Below, one piece after another: positions 26,355 to 38,000 of a DNA stretch of 64,000 nucleotides. Within the stretch, counting starts at the first letter, position 1; each line of letters begins with the position of its first letter. This DNA comes from the human T2T-CHM13v2.0 reference genome, Homo sapiens: the NCBI RefSeq assembly GCF_009914755.1, contig NC_060925.1. One strand, given 5' to 3'. The notes under the pieces are model-generated. The model did no database searches. It was not told where the DNA came from and saw only the letters and a list, made by a program, of their open reading frames with translations. Made by a program: the position numbers and the translations under genes.

Positions 26355-27372
26355 TTTATTTTCCTTTTATGTTAAAATATAACATACACACAGTTAAGGG
26401 CTTTATAAAGGAGTTGGTATCCATGCACACACAGCTGCCCAGGTCAAGATAAACATTCTCAGCCCCTCATGAGGTTTCCTTCCACCAAGAGGGAGGTGCT
26501 ATTCTGACTTTTGTATGAACTTAGACTAGTTTTTCCTTAAGTCTAATTTAGACTATTAGAATGTCAGGGAGATTTCTCTATGTGGTTGCTCGTAGCAGTG
26601 GCTTGTTCTTTTTCATTACTACGTAGTACTCCACTGCGTGGACCTTATTAGTTTATTTACCTATTCTCCTGTGGAGTGGCATTGGAGCTGTTGCTTCCAG
26701 TTTTTGAGCCATGACAAGTAAAGCTGCTTTGAATGTAAGCATTCATTTTTCTTGGAGGTATCCCTTGGAGAGGACGTGTGGGGTGCAGGGAAGGCAAATG
26801 TTCAGCTTTCAGAGATGCTGCCTGTGCTTGTTTGCCAAGGCTGCTGTAACAAAATGCCACAAACTGGGAGGCTTAAAACAACAGAACTGTATTCTCTCAC
26901 AGTTCTCAAGGCTAGAAGTCTGAAATCAAGGTGTTGGCAGGGCCACACTTCCTCTGAAAGCTCCAAGGAAAAGTCATGCCTTGCCTCTCCTCACTTCTGG
27001 TGGTTGCCAGCAGTCCTTGGCATTCGTTGGCTTGTAGATGCATCACCCCAAACTCCACCTCCATCATCACACGGCGTTCTCCCGCTGTGTGTCTGTCTCT
27101 CTGTCCAGATTTCCTTCTTAGAAAGACACAGTCACTGGATTAGGGCCCACCCAACTCCAGCCTGACTTTATCTTAACTTGATTACATCTGCAAAGACCCT
27201 ATTTCCAAATCAGGTTACATCCACAGGTCTCAGGGGTTAGGATTCAACAGATCTTTTGGGAGTGGGGAGCGCAATTCACCCTACAACACCGCCTAACAGT
27301 TTCAAAGAACATGTACACATTCACATCCCTGCCAGCAGGATATGAGAGCCCCAGGTGCCCCACATCCTGTGT
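26355..27372 (-). mobile_element. Old L1M (L1ME-like) 3' fragment interrupted by an MLT1C LTR
   Basis: ttcattactacgtagtactccactg…gacaagtaaagctgctttgaatg; resumes after 27288 (cattcacatccctgccagcaggatatgagagc). Confidence 0.6.
26823..27288 (-). mobile_element. MLT1C-like MaLR solo LTR
   Basis: tgtgcttgtttgccaaggctgctgtaacaaaatgccacaaactgggaggcttaaaacaacag…caattcaccctacaaca; 5-bp TSD-like ctgcc/ccgcc. Confidence 0.85.
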
Positions 27373-27757
27373 GTCCCCCACTCTTGACCCAGCTGCAAGG
27401 ATGACTCCCTGTTTCTGAAAGTGTCCACCATGCCTCTCCCCATCCAGACATTGCAGAAGCAGCACCTGCCACCTCTGCCTGGCAAACCCCTCCCCATCCA
27501 TAAGACTAATCACTGTCCCCAGGAGCCTCCCCAAGCACATCTGCCCTGGCCAAGTTCAGCAGGCCCTCCCTCTGCTTCGTCTCTGCACTTTGGTCATTCT
27601 GGACAGACTCCACTGTCATTCTGTGACAGTGAAGGCTGCAGGCTCTGGAGCGGCGGAGCTGGTCTTTGAAACCATGTGAACAAGTGTCTTCACCTCTCTG
27701 CCATCCATTTCTTTACCTGGATTGTTCCAGGAGGAAGCCCAGTGTCCACATGGCTCC

Positions 27758-28119
27758 TGTATTAGTCTGTTCTCACGCTGCTAATAAAGACATACCCGAG
27801 ACTGGGTAATTTATAAAGAAAAAGAGATTTAATGGACTCACAGTTCCACATGGCTGGGGAGGCCTCACAATCATGGCAGAAGGCTAAAGGCACATCTTAC
27901 ATGGTGGCAGACAAGAGAGAATGAGAGCCAAGTGAAAGGGATTTCCCTTTATAAAACCATCGGATCATGTGAGACTTATTCTCTACCATGAGAACAGTGT
28001 GGGGGGAATAGCCCCCATGATTCAATTATTTCCCACCGGGCCCCTCCCACAACACATGGGAATTATGGGAACTATAATTCAAGATGAAATCTGTGTGGGG
28101 ACACAGCCAAACAATATCA
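27758..28119 (-). mobile_element. THE1C-like MaLR solo LTR
   Basis: TGTATTAGTCTGTTCTCACGCTGCTAATAAAGACATACCCGAGACTGGG…GGGACACAGCCAAACAATATCA; perfect 5-bp TSD GCTCC. Confidence 0.92.
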
Positions 28120-28545
28120 GCTCCCTCCTCTGGTCCCTCTGGGTCTCTGCTCAGGTGTCACCTCCCCAGAGAGGCCTTCCCTGACCATCTGCTCCAAAAT
28201 GCCACCCCATCACCAGGTTCACCTTCCTTCTGCTTCTCCGTAGCGTGTATCTCTGCCTAGGGGTGGGCACGGCATCCTCACTTGTTTGCCCATCTCTTGT
28301 CTCCCTCTTGCACTAGAAATCAAGTTTCCTCTGGTCTCCTGATCACAGCTCCATCTTTAGCACCTGGTAGGTTGCCTGAGGCAGTCAATGCATATCTGTT
28401 GAATGAATGAATTAAATGAATCCGCAAAATGAAAACAAAAATAGCATCTACTGGCAGGAGCAGGGGTAATTGTCAGGAGATTCACTGAGATAGGTCGTGC
28501 TTAGCTAGGTTTTAGCCCAGTAGGAACTCAGTCAACGTTAACTGT

Positions 28546-29026
28546 TGTGTTAGCTTTTTATTGCTTCTGTAGCAAATCGCCACCAACTTAGTGGCTTAAA
28601 ATAACACAAATTTAGTATCTTACAGTTCTGGATGTCACAACTTCGAGATGAGTCTCACTGGGCTAAAATCCAAGTGTTGATCGGGCTGTGCTTCTTCTGG
28701 AGGCTCAGGGGACAGTCTGCTTCCTTGCCTTTTGCAGCTTCTAGAGCCCACCCACATACCTTGGCTTGTGGCCTCTTTCAGCAATGGCATCGCTCTGGCC
28801 TCTGCTGCCATCATCACATCCCCTCCCGCTCCGACCCTCCTGTCTCCCTCCAATAAGGACATTTGTGATTATATTAGATCCTTGTGGGTAGTCCAGGATA
28901 ATCTTCCCCATCTCAAAATCCTTAATCACACCTTCAAAGCCCCTTCTGCCACTAAGGAAACATTGACAGGTTCCAGGGATTTGAACGTGGGCATTTTTGA
29001 GGCAGGAGGATGCATTACATACCACA
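28546..29026 (-). mobile_element. MLT1D-like MaLR solo LTR
   Basis: caccaacttagtggcttaaaataacacaaatttagtatcttacagttctgga…gtccaggataatcttcccca…taccaca; TSD-like actgt/gctgt. Confidence 0.82.
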
Positions 29027-29519
29027 GCTGTGGTTATCACTGTGACAATCACTCACCATGTCCAAGTTTGCTTCCTCTGTTGGACAGTGACCTTGTTGCA
29101 ACACGGACTGCCTTCTTCTTTCTTTCTGTGTCTCTAGTTCCCTCTTCAGGGCCTGGCATACAGCAGGGGCTCAGGAATGTGGCCTGAGTTCCTGAAGGGC
29201 AAGAGCCCCGTTTTACTCATCCCTGTACCCCCACCATCCAGGGCTGATCCTGGCCCTGAACATTTGTTGGACCGAGCAGACCCGCCGGGTACCGTGCATG
29301 ACCGGTGAGGACAGGGCCCCAGCAGAGGGACAGGGAGGACCGCCGGGAGGAAGGTGAGGGAGGGGAAGAAACTCGGGGAGGTCTCGGGCTTCAAATGAGA
29401 GAGGCTTGCCCTTGCCCCACCTCAGGTGGATCCCTTCCAGGGAACCACTCATGGAACTGGGTCTCTGCTATGGATAATAAAGCTAAAACATAAGGAACAC
29501 TTCAGACAAGAGTGAGATG

Positions 29520-29730
29520 TTAGAGCCACCTGGAGCCAGGCTCCTAGCCTCTGAATCCCAGCTCTGCCGCTTCCTGGCTGTGGAATCCTAGGCAAGTCAC
29601 TCATCTCTCCATGCCTTGGTTTCCCCATCTCTAAAATGGACATGATGATAATAGTGTCTATCTTGCAGAGGGCTCATGGGGCTTAAATGAGTTAATAAAG
29701 CTCTTAGAACTGGCACAAGGTATGCAGGAT
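29520..29730 (+). mobile_element. MIR SINE
   Basis: gaatcccagctctgccgcttcctggctgtg…ggcaagtcact…gtttccccatctctaaaatgg. Confidence 0.8.
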
Positions 29731-31705
29731 AGGGGGCTGGTGATGATTATATGCTAACATTTTCTGAATACCTGCTGTGAGCCAGATATTGTGCTGGGCT
29801 CCAGGGAGACAGCAGTGAGCAATTCTGCCTCTGGTTACACAGGGCTCTCCATCACCACCTGGATAAGGATTAATATTGCTCCCATTTTACAGATGAGAAA
29901 ACTGAGGCCTAGACCTGCCGAGTGCTTGCCTGAGTCCACATACTTAGAAAGCAGAGGAGCCAGTATTTAGAACTGGCCTGCACTCTGGGCCACTGCGCTC
30001 TCTCACCTTTCAGATTTGCAGTGCTGGGACCCAGAGCCCTGGAACTCTGCCCTGAATCTTTCTGGAAAACTTGGAAACAGTTTTGAAGCAGGGGGTCTTT
30101 TCCTTTATTACAGCCGTCTCGGGAAGACGTGAAAATTTGGCTCTGATCAAATTAGGCCCATGTTGTGATATAACTTTCTATATCCACCATAAAGCTAATA
30201 AACTAATAAATTAGACAGAATGAAAATATCATTGGGCAAGGCTGCACACTGAAGCATTGCTGTAATTACTCTCACGGCCGGGGCCAATTTCTCAAATTTC
30301 GCCTTGGCCAAGTTTCTCAGCTCACCGTGTCCCTAATAAGGCATAACTCACTCTATAAACATTAAATTGACTTATTTATTTTAAATTACAGTGGAACTGA
30401 AACCACCTTGATAAACCTATTCTCCTGCATCTGCCTTCCTCATAAGCATAGCCCAGTGGTGTTTTGTTTTTTAAACAAAGAAAATATCTAGTCTGTCTCA
30501 GGACTCTTTCTCCAACCCAGACTAGCTACCCCTTTCTTACCACGATTCCAGCTTTAGAGATTTGACTCACTCCCCTGAGGTTAGCGGAGGTCGCCCATTA
30601 TAGATAAAGATGATTCATGCCTAATTAATAATGATAATGGTGCTACTTTAATTGAGTGGGTTTGACTGGTATCGTGGGCCGGGCCCTCTGCTACGGCCTC
30701 TACAGGAACTCACTTAAACCTCATAATAAGCCTGCAAGGAGCGCCCTCTCATGATCCCTGCTTTGCAAGTGAAGGAGCCAGGGATCAGGGAAGGCAAGTG
30801 ACTTGCCTGAGACCACACAGAGTGACTTGCAGTGAAGCTGGGACCCAGCCAGGGAGGTCTCGTGCCAAAGCCTTCGTCTTCATCACTGTGCTACCCTACC
30901 TCTCAGAAAACTTGCACCAGTGGCCTGCTGGGACTTCAAGCTGCCATGAGACATATTTATTTCTTGAGCGGTGGGAGGGGCTCAAAACCTGGTTGCAGGG
31001 AGGAGGAGGGGAAGAGCTGGATGGGCGGATGACATCCAGGCTCAGCGGCAGGTACAATGATGGGGACTCTTGCTGGGGGTCCCAGGAGGCCACAGGTATC
31101 TTCCTGGCCCAGCTGATGGAGGTGCAGGAGGGAAAGGGGTTTGGGAAGTTCATCAGAGATCATGATTGGTGCATGAGTTGGGGTTGATAAGAGGACAGCA
31201 TCCCAGGCAGAGGGGAGAGCAGGGACAAGGGCCAGGCAGTGCTTCCAGAGATCTGTGGCTGGAGTGAAGGGAGGAGAGTGTGGCGATGGGGCGGGGATAG
31301 GAGAGGATCTCAGCAGTGGAGAGCATTTCCACGGCCCATCTCTGCTCTCCAGGGCAGGTCTCATTTGGCCGCATGCAGATAATGCAACAGCGAGCTGAGA
31401 GTTTTGCTCCTCCTCCTGATCTCTGCTTTCATGTCCCTTCCTAGGTCAGCTTTTCCTGACGTTCTAGTATAGCCTGGTCAGATCTTTCTGTTCTCAGGTC
31501 TACCAGCACCCCAGATGCCTCTGGGAACTCCTCACACTATTAATTAAACACATATTTAGGTGGTTAATTCCATCCCTGTCTGCAACACTAGAAAGTCAGG
31601 TCCATCAGGGCAGGAATCATGCTCATCTTGCTCACTGTTATCTTCCTAGTAATTACCCCATCTACCATTGAGTGGCACATGCTAGACACTCAGTGTAGAA
31701 TTGTT

Positions 31706-32116
31706 GGATGAGTGGATGGATGATGGATGGATGGATGGATGGATGGATGGATGGATGGATGGATGGGTGGATGGGTAGAGGGTGGATGGACAGATGGTAG
31801 GTGGATGATGGATTGGTAGATGGTAGGATGGATGGGTGGATGGGTAGATGGATGGAGAATGGATAGATGATGGATGGGTAGACAGTGAATGGATGGATGG
31901 TGGATAGGTGTGGATGGATAGATGGCTAGATAAGTGGATGGTAAGTGGGTGAACGGATAGCTGGAAAGATGAGAAGTGAATGAATGGATGGATGGGTGGT
32001 GGATAGGTGTGGATGGCTAGATGGCTAGATAGGTAGATGGGGGGTGAGTGGATGGATAGCTGGAGAGATGAGAAGTGAGTGGATGGATGGATGGGTGGAT
32101 GGATGGATGGACAGAT
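31706..32116. repeat. Degenerate (GGAT/GGGT/AGAT)n array with a 99-bp higher-order duplication
   Basis: Directly visible; follows an L2 3' end (about 31585-31705). Confidence 0.95.
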
Positions 32117-32869
32117 GTGCTGAAGGTTTAATGAGATGCTGTGTAGAAGCCTCCAGCATATGCTTGACATAGAAAAGTCATTTGGTGTTCTTTAGGTTGG
32201 AAACACAAAGCCCCGGCTGTGCTCCAGTGCAGGTATTCCCGCTTGACTCTCAAGCTTACTTTCTGGAAGGCAGAGCCCCTGATGGGAAACCAAGACCCAG
32301 AGCCAACCTCAAGCAGAGGCATCACGAGGCCAACTGAGGTCCTTGGCCCATGCCATTCACAGGGCCTGGGCTTTGCCAGGCGATGATGCAGAGCGGTGGC
32401 GGTTAGGTGCCCCAGAGACTTTGGGCCCTGTCAGAGCAGAGCTGTCATCCTGTCCCCTCCTCCCCAGCATGAATCTGACCACTGCTGAGGCCAGAGGGAA
32501 TGAGTTTTTGAGCTGATTATTGGAGAATGGAAGTCTCCCCTGCTGTTAAGGGAGCAGTCCTCAGGGCCTTCCAGAAACCACAGCTGCCCTGCCCCTTCCT
32601 AACCCTTGCTTGTGGACTCGGAGGGTCCTACTCCTGCTCAGGGCTCTGCATGGACTCTCCTTTGTATCATCCTCTATCCAACCTTGAACTCTGGTGTGAA
32701 CAATTCTCCTACTGTCTTGTGTGCAAGCCCCTGCCCCCGTATTTCATAGCAGGTCCCTAATGCAACCCCTGTCCCTAGGTCCCAGCTGTAGTCTGTCTCT
32801 GGGATGCCAATTCCTCCCGGATAAGACCCTGATTTGATTTTACCTCTTGGATTGATAGTGAGATCTCCA

Positions 32870-33080
32870 TTCTTTTTGTGTAACTCTGGGCATCTTATTA
32901 GACCTCTCTGTGCCTCAGTTTCCTCAACTGTAAAATGAGGATGAGAGTAACAGTACATAATATAGTCATACTACCTCATAGGCAGCACAGGGTTGCAAGA
33001 GGCATAATGAGCTAATATGTGTAAAGTGCTTGGAACAGTGCCTGGTACATACTAAGTGCTGTGTGTTATCTATTATTAGT
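32870..33080 (+). mobile_element. MIR SINE
   Basis: ctctctgtgcctcagtttcctcaactgtaaaatgaggatg…gtaaagtgcttggaacagtgcctggtacatactaagtgct. Confidence 0.85.
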
Positions 33081-33974
33081 CAACAAATAAACATTGAACA
33101 CCAATCCATGCCTACCAATGTTCTCAATGCTGGGGCTGCAAGTAGACAGAGTGGCTCATGGAGGTAACCTCAAGGACAGAGTCCACCCTTTGTTTTATTT
33201 TGCAGAATTGATCGACATCTCTCTCTAACACTCCCTGTTTGTGTGACCTTGGGTGAGTCACGTAATCTGACTGTACCCTAGGTTTCTCATTGACCAGTGC
33301 CTGCCCCTCTAGGCTTTGGGCAGGGCTAGAGATAGCGTGGATCAAGTGCTTAGAACCAAAGCCTTCTCAGTAAATGGTGGTTAGTTTTGTTCATGCTAAT
33401 TTTTCCAGGACCAGTGGTGGTTCCTCTACTCCAGGTCTGTGGCTAGAAAAAACACATTTCATCTTTTCCCATACTACCACCTCACTCCTCACCACAATCC
33501 TGTGAGGCAGGCATCACAATACTGAACTTTACAGATTAAGAGACATTGCACAGAGAGGTTAAGCAACCTACCCAAGGTCACGGTGTTTTCAAGTGGCAGA
33601 GCTGAGGTTTGACCCCAAGTCTGTTGGATGCCACTACCTGTGCTCCTGGCTACTAAGCCACACTCCTCTCCATGGGAACCACACCTGAGAGCCAGGACAA
33701 AGCCTTGCACTTCCAGGAATCATTTGAAAATGTGGATTCTTGAGGCTTGGTCTAGAGTGTTTGTCAAGAGCCGCATCTATGCACCTTCTCTCTGGTGCAC
33801 CCAATGGCTCCACATTCCTGGGACCTCCTGGTCCTTTTCTTTTCCCCCACTCAGTCTATGGCCATGAATCCACATTCATACCCAGGCCTCTCAAAAGACA
33901 GCAGAGGAGAGCTGAGTGATTGGAAGAAAGCATGAACACCAATGCCAATGCATGGCATGATGACAAAGCAAACA

Positions 33975-34190
33975 CACATGTGCTAACTACGGGGCAGGCA
34001 CCGTCCTAAGTGCCTTCTGTGTATTATCTCATTTAATCCTCTCAACAACCCATGAGAAAAGTACTCTCATTACCCCAAATTGTAAGGTGAGGAGATGGAG
34101 ACACAGAGTGGTAGAGTGACTTACTCCAGGTCACGCAGCGAGTCAGGATTCAAAGCTGGGCAGCTAGGCTCTAGAGTCCATGCCCCACTG
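33975..34190 (-). mobile_element. MIR SINE
   Basis: tattatctcatttaatcctctcaacaaccccatgag…aggtcacgcagcgagtcaggattcaaa. Confidence 0.8.
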
Positions 34191-34639
34191 TCTTTGTCAT
34201 CCACGCTATTCATGCAGGCCCTAGCAGTGGGGGCTGAAGAATGCATGGGAAAGGTTCCCTGCAAAATGAAAGACCTTCCTAGAAGCCAGCAGGTAGTCAT
34301 GGTGACTATAGATGGCTCTTCCCAAACCAGGATTGTGGGCCACACCACACCCAGCCATTGGCATTTCCTGAGCCAGTGTAACTGTTAAATGATGCAGCTG
34401 TGGGAATGAGGAAGAAGCCCTGGCCCCCCCTCCCAAATTTGCAGGTGGGTAGACAGTTATTTCCTTCCTTATTCTCACCTTGCCCTCACTACCATCAAAA
34501 AACACGTCTCCTTACATTGTTGGCAATTGGCAGAAGGGACAGATACTGAGGGCTTTGGTTGATTGTGATGCATCCATTAAAATGTACCAGCTTGCTGAGC
34601 CACAGATCACTTCTGCAGGCCTTGTCTCCACTGATAGGG

Positions 34640-34694
34640 TGCATGCACGTGTGCGTGCATGCGTGTGTGTGTGTGTGTGTGTGTGTGCGTGCGT
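34640..34694. repeat. Alternating purine-pyrimidine (TG/CG/CA)n tract
   Basis: gtgcatgcacgtgtgcgtgcatgcgtgtgtgtgt…gcgtgcgt. Confidence 0.95.
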
Positions 34695-34904
34695 TTGGCA
34701 AAATGGGACTGTTTCTGCTTAGACCTTGGTGAGAATCCAAGGGGCTCACTCCAGGAATTTGAACCCACTGGGCACTCACCCATTCAGGTGGATGCCACCC
34801 CACTTCTTCCATGGCAGGATCATCCCTGAGCACCTGACGGCCCCAGCTCACTCACTGACTTGCACACTCTCTCCTTTGGGGCCCTTTCCTCACCAGACCT
34901 TGCT

Positions 34905-35090
34905 TACAAACCAGGGACTCACAGCCCAGAATCGGCCTGTCAACACGCTCTATTTGACTAACACTGAACGTTTTTAATTAAAACTATGTTTTTAATTAAA
35001 TCAATGACAAATTATTGAAAACCAGGAGATTTTACAAACAAATCTATACGTTTGGCTTTGCTTTAAAAAGCTGAAGATGTGGCTTTTATA
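34905..35090. mobile_element. MER102-like hAT fragment
   Basis: gaaaaccaggagattttacaaacaaatct…tttggctttgctttaaaaagctgaagatgtggc resembles MER102. Confidence 0.5.
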
Positions 35091-35204
35091 CCGGTTATTC
35101 CCAAATTGTAGGAAACAGCCACCATAAATAATGGCTGGATTTAAACCAGGGAATGACCTCTTCCTTCCCTCACCGTCCACACCACTCTGTATTGTCTGAA
35201 ATGA

Positions 35205-35670
35205 TATCGGTGAGAACTACTTTTGGCTCCATGCAACAAAAACCCAAAGTGAGTATGTCTTAAACTAGATAAGAGTTTATTTTTCTTTCTCCTAAGAGTC
35301 CCAGGTAGCCTGTCTAAAGGACAGAGGGTGCTCCTTGGTGTCAGGGACTCAAGCTCCTTCCCTCTTGATGTTCCACTGTGCATGGCTTCCATTCTGAAGG
35401 TCACCTTAAAGTTTAAGAAGGCTGCACCAGCTCCAGCCATTACATCTACATTCCAGCTAGGAGGAAGCAGGAAGAAAAAAAGGACACACCCCCTCCTATA
35501 AGAACCCTTTAGGAATTTGTGTGTAACACACCTACTTACATCCCTCTGCCAGAACTTAGTCACATGGCCACCTGCTGCAATGGTAACTGGGAAGTGTAGT
35601 CTCTATTTTGGGCAACCATGTGTCCAGGAAACTATCATAGTAACTATTACTATGAAAAGAAGCATAGCTG
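35205..35670 (-). mobile_element. Old MaLR LTR (MLT1J/K-like)
   Basis: ggctgcaccagctccagccattacatctacattccagctaggaggaag…cttacatccctctgccagaacttagtcacatggccacc…ctgggaagtgtagtct. Confidence 0.75.
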
Positions 35671-36513
35671 CTGAATTGTTTAACTTCTTTACACAGGCTG
35701 TAAGCCCGTGAAGATGAAACTTTGTCTTTGACTTTGGCTCTGAGCTTCTGCTACTTCATTAAAAATTTATGTACTGTTGTTCCTCTCATTAAGTTGTTCC
35801 AAGGAATTCACTAGGAGATGACGAATGTAAGTATGTCTAGCAAAGTTTTGGTACTTAATATAAGCTCAGCGATTGTGCATTTGTTTCATCTATTCTACAC
35901 CAGATGTTACTTGTCTCCCCTTTGTCAGGACTTCGCTCCTCAGTGAAGCCTCCCTGACCTCCCAGCAATTTCAAATTTTAAATAGAAGCGCCCCCTCCAC
36001 TCCCAGCACTCCCTATCCCTGTCCTGTCTTTCTTTTTCTAAATACACCTGTAATCACCGACCTGCTATATTTTTCAAAGGTTACTTTGTTTACCGTCTGT
36101 GTCCCTCAACTAAAATACGAGTTCTATGAGGTCAGTGGTTTTGGTTTCTATTGTTCACAGCTGTATCCCTAGCACCTAGGATAGACCCTGGTACATAGTA
36201 GGTACTCAGTAACGATATGTTGGATGCATGAATGACCAGATAGCTATTGCCTTCTCAGAGCTGGGTACTGTGCTCAGTGTGAGAGACAGAACCGGAAGCA
36301 AGATATCTTCTAGTTTCCATCTCCCCATGGCACTGAGCCCAGAGCAGAACACGCTAAGATAAATACCTATTACCTTGGATCGGATCTTGGTGCCAGCAGG
36401 AGTCCAGGCATTTTAATTTTGTTTTGACAAAGGGGCTGATAGGAGAAGCTGGCTGGCTCCTCTGTCTCTCATCTGCTGGCAGCCCTGGGCACCCTGGCCT
36501 GACCTTCCCCGCC

Positions 36514-36540
36514 TTCAGCACCACGTAGCGCAGGACAGTC
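36514..36540 (+). promoter_or_regulatory. Candidate non-canonical (extended spacer) REST/NRSF RE1 site
   Basis: TTCAGCACC-acgtagcgca-GGACAG; motif match only. Confidence 0.45.
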
Positions 36541-37648
36541 AAACATAATTGGCCTGCCCTACTTTTTAAGAGAACCCAGATTGAAGGACTGGGCTTTTGG
36601 TGGGCTGACCTGTTTAAGAGCCTTAAGAGGAAGCTCGGAGTTTCAATTTTCCACTGCCAAAGCAAAGCTGTTTTTAGCTCCGCTTTGATGAAGCGGCGGG
36701 AGTCAGGTTTGGCCCCGGGTCATCCATCAGCTGACCTGGTTGGGAAAGGCCTCCTGTGGGGGCCCCAGGCCTAACCACAGCTTCGCAAGGAATGCTCAGG
36801 TTTGCTTTGCCCAACTGGAGTCATCGGTCCTGCTCTGAAGCTGCCCCTGGTCCATCCCAAAAGACAGACAGTGAGAGAGAGATCTCCAGCCATTCTCAAA
36901 TATTTTATCTTGTTGATGGGCCCCTGGACTTGAGTTCCTGCCCAGTTCCTCCAGGAGTTAGCTGCGTGACCTCAGACAAATTGCTTGGCCTCCCTGGGCC
37001 TCAGTTTCCTAATCTGTTCAGTGAGGTTTATCATTCTGATCTCAATGGGTGGTTGTAGGTACTAAATGATGTAATGCCGGTTGACTGCTGTGTCCATCTC
37101 AGGCTTTGAGGATATTTCACCTGGACCCTCTCCCTGCAGGAAACTGGGCTGATTGACATCCACGCGGGTAGGCCAAGTCAGCTCAGAGCTTTCTCTCTGA
37201 ATTGCAGTGCTCTGGCATGCTGCCTGCTTTTCTAGGGGTCAAGCACCATCTCTTTGAACCTCTTTTCTGATCGTTTTGTCAAACTGTGGTGGAAGAGTTT
37301 GGCGTCGGGGGCTCTGGCCCCATATTGGAGGGACCCATATGATGCATTCTTGCTGGAGTTTGCTTCCAGGGAAAACATGGTCCCTGCAGACAAAAGGGTC
37401 TGCCCTTGGTCACCAGAAGCAGAGGCAGGTTGTGCACCAGGCCTCCATGTTGCTGTAGAGCCACAGTCTGATGCCTCGATGACCCCAGAGCCTCCACTCA
37501 CTCTGCCTGCCCTTTATGACTCTCTCTCCAGCCTGAAAGAGTTTGTTTCTGTTCTGCCACTGACTGATTGTGTGACCTTGCAGAAGCCTCGGCCTCTCTG
37601 TGTGCTACACCCACCTCAAACAGCAACTAGCCTGTGAGTTAAGGGCAC

Positions 37649-38000
37649 TGTCTTCATCCATTTGGAAAGCTGTAATAAAATACCATAAACCAGGTGGTTT
37701 ATGAACAATAGACATTCATTTCTCACAGCTCTGGAGACCGGGAAGCCCAAGGTCAAGGCAGATTCCAGGTTGGCTGGGGGCCCACTACTTGGCACATGGA
37801 GCCCTCTCACCCCATGAGCCAGAAAGTGGCTGTGTCCTCCCATGCTGGAAGAGACCAGGCAGCTCTCTGGGGCCTCTTTTGTGGGGGTGCTCATCCCACC
37901 GTAATCGCCTCCCAAAAGCCCCTCCTTCTAATACAATTCCATTGGTAATTAGGTTTCAATATCTGAATTTGAGGAGGACACAGACATTTGGACCGTAGCA
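37649..38000 (-). mobile_element. MLT1A/A0-like MaLR solo LTR
   Basis: gctgtaataaaataccataaaccaggtggtttatgaacaatagacattcatttctcacagctctggag…ctcccaaaagcccctccttctaatac…gaccgtagca. Confidence 0.82.

Noticed and set aside
34970-35010. Repeated TTTTTAATTAAA suggesting a homeodomain enhancer
   Set aside because: Falls in a MER102-like transposon fragment, which explains the AT richness.
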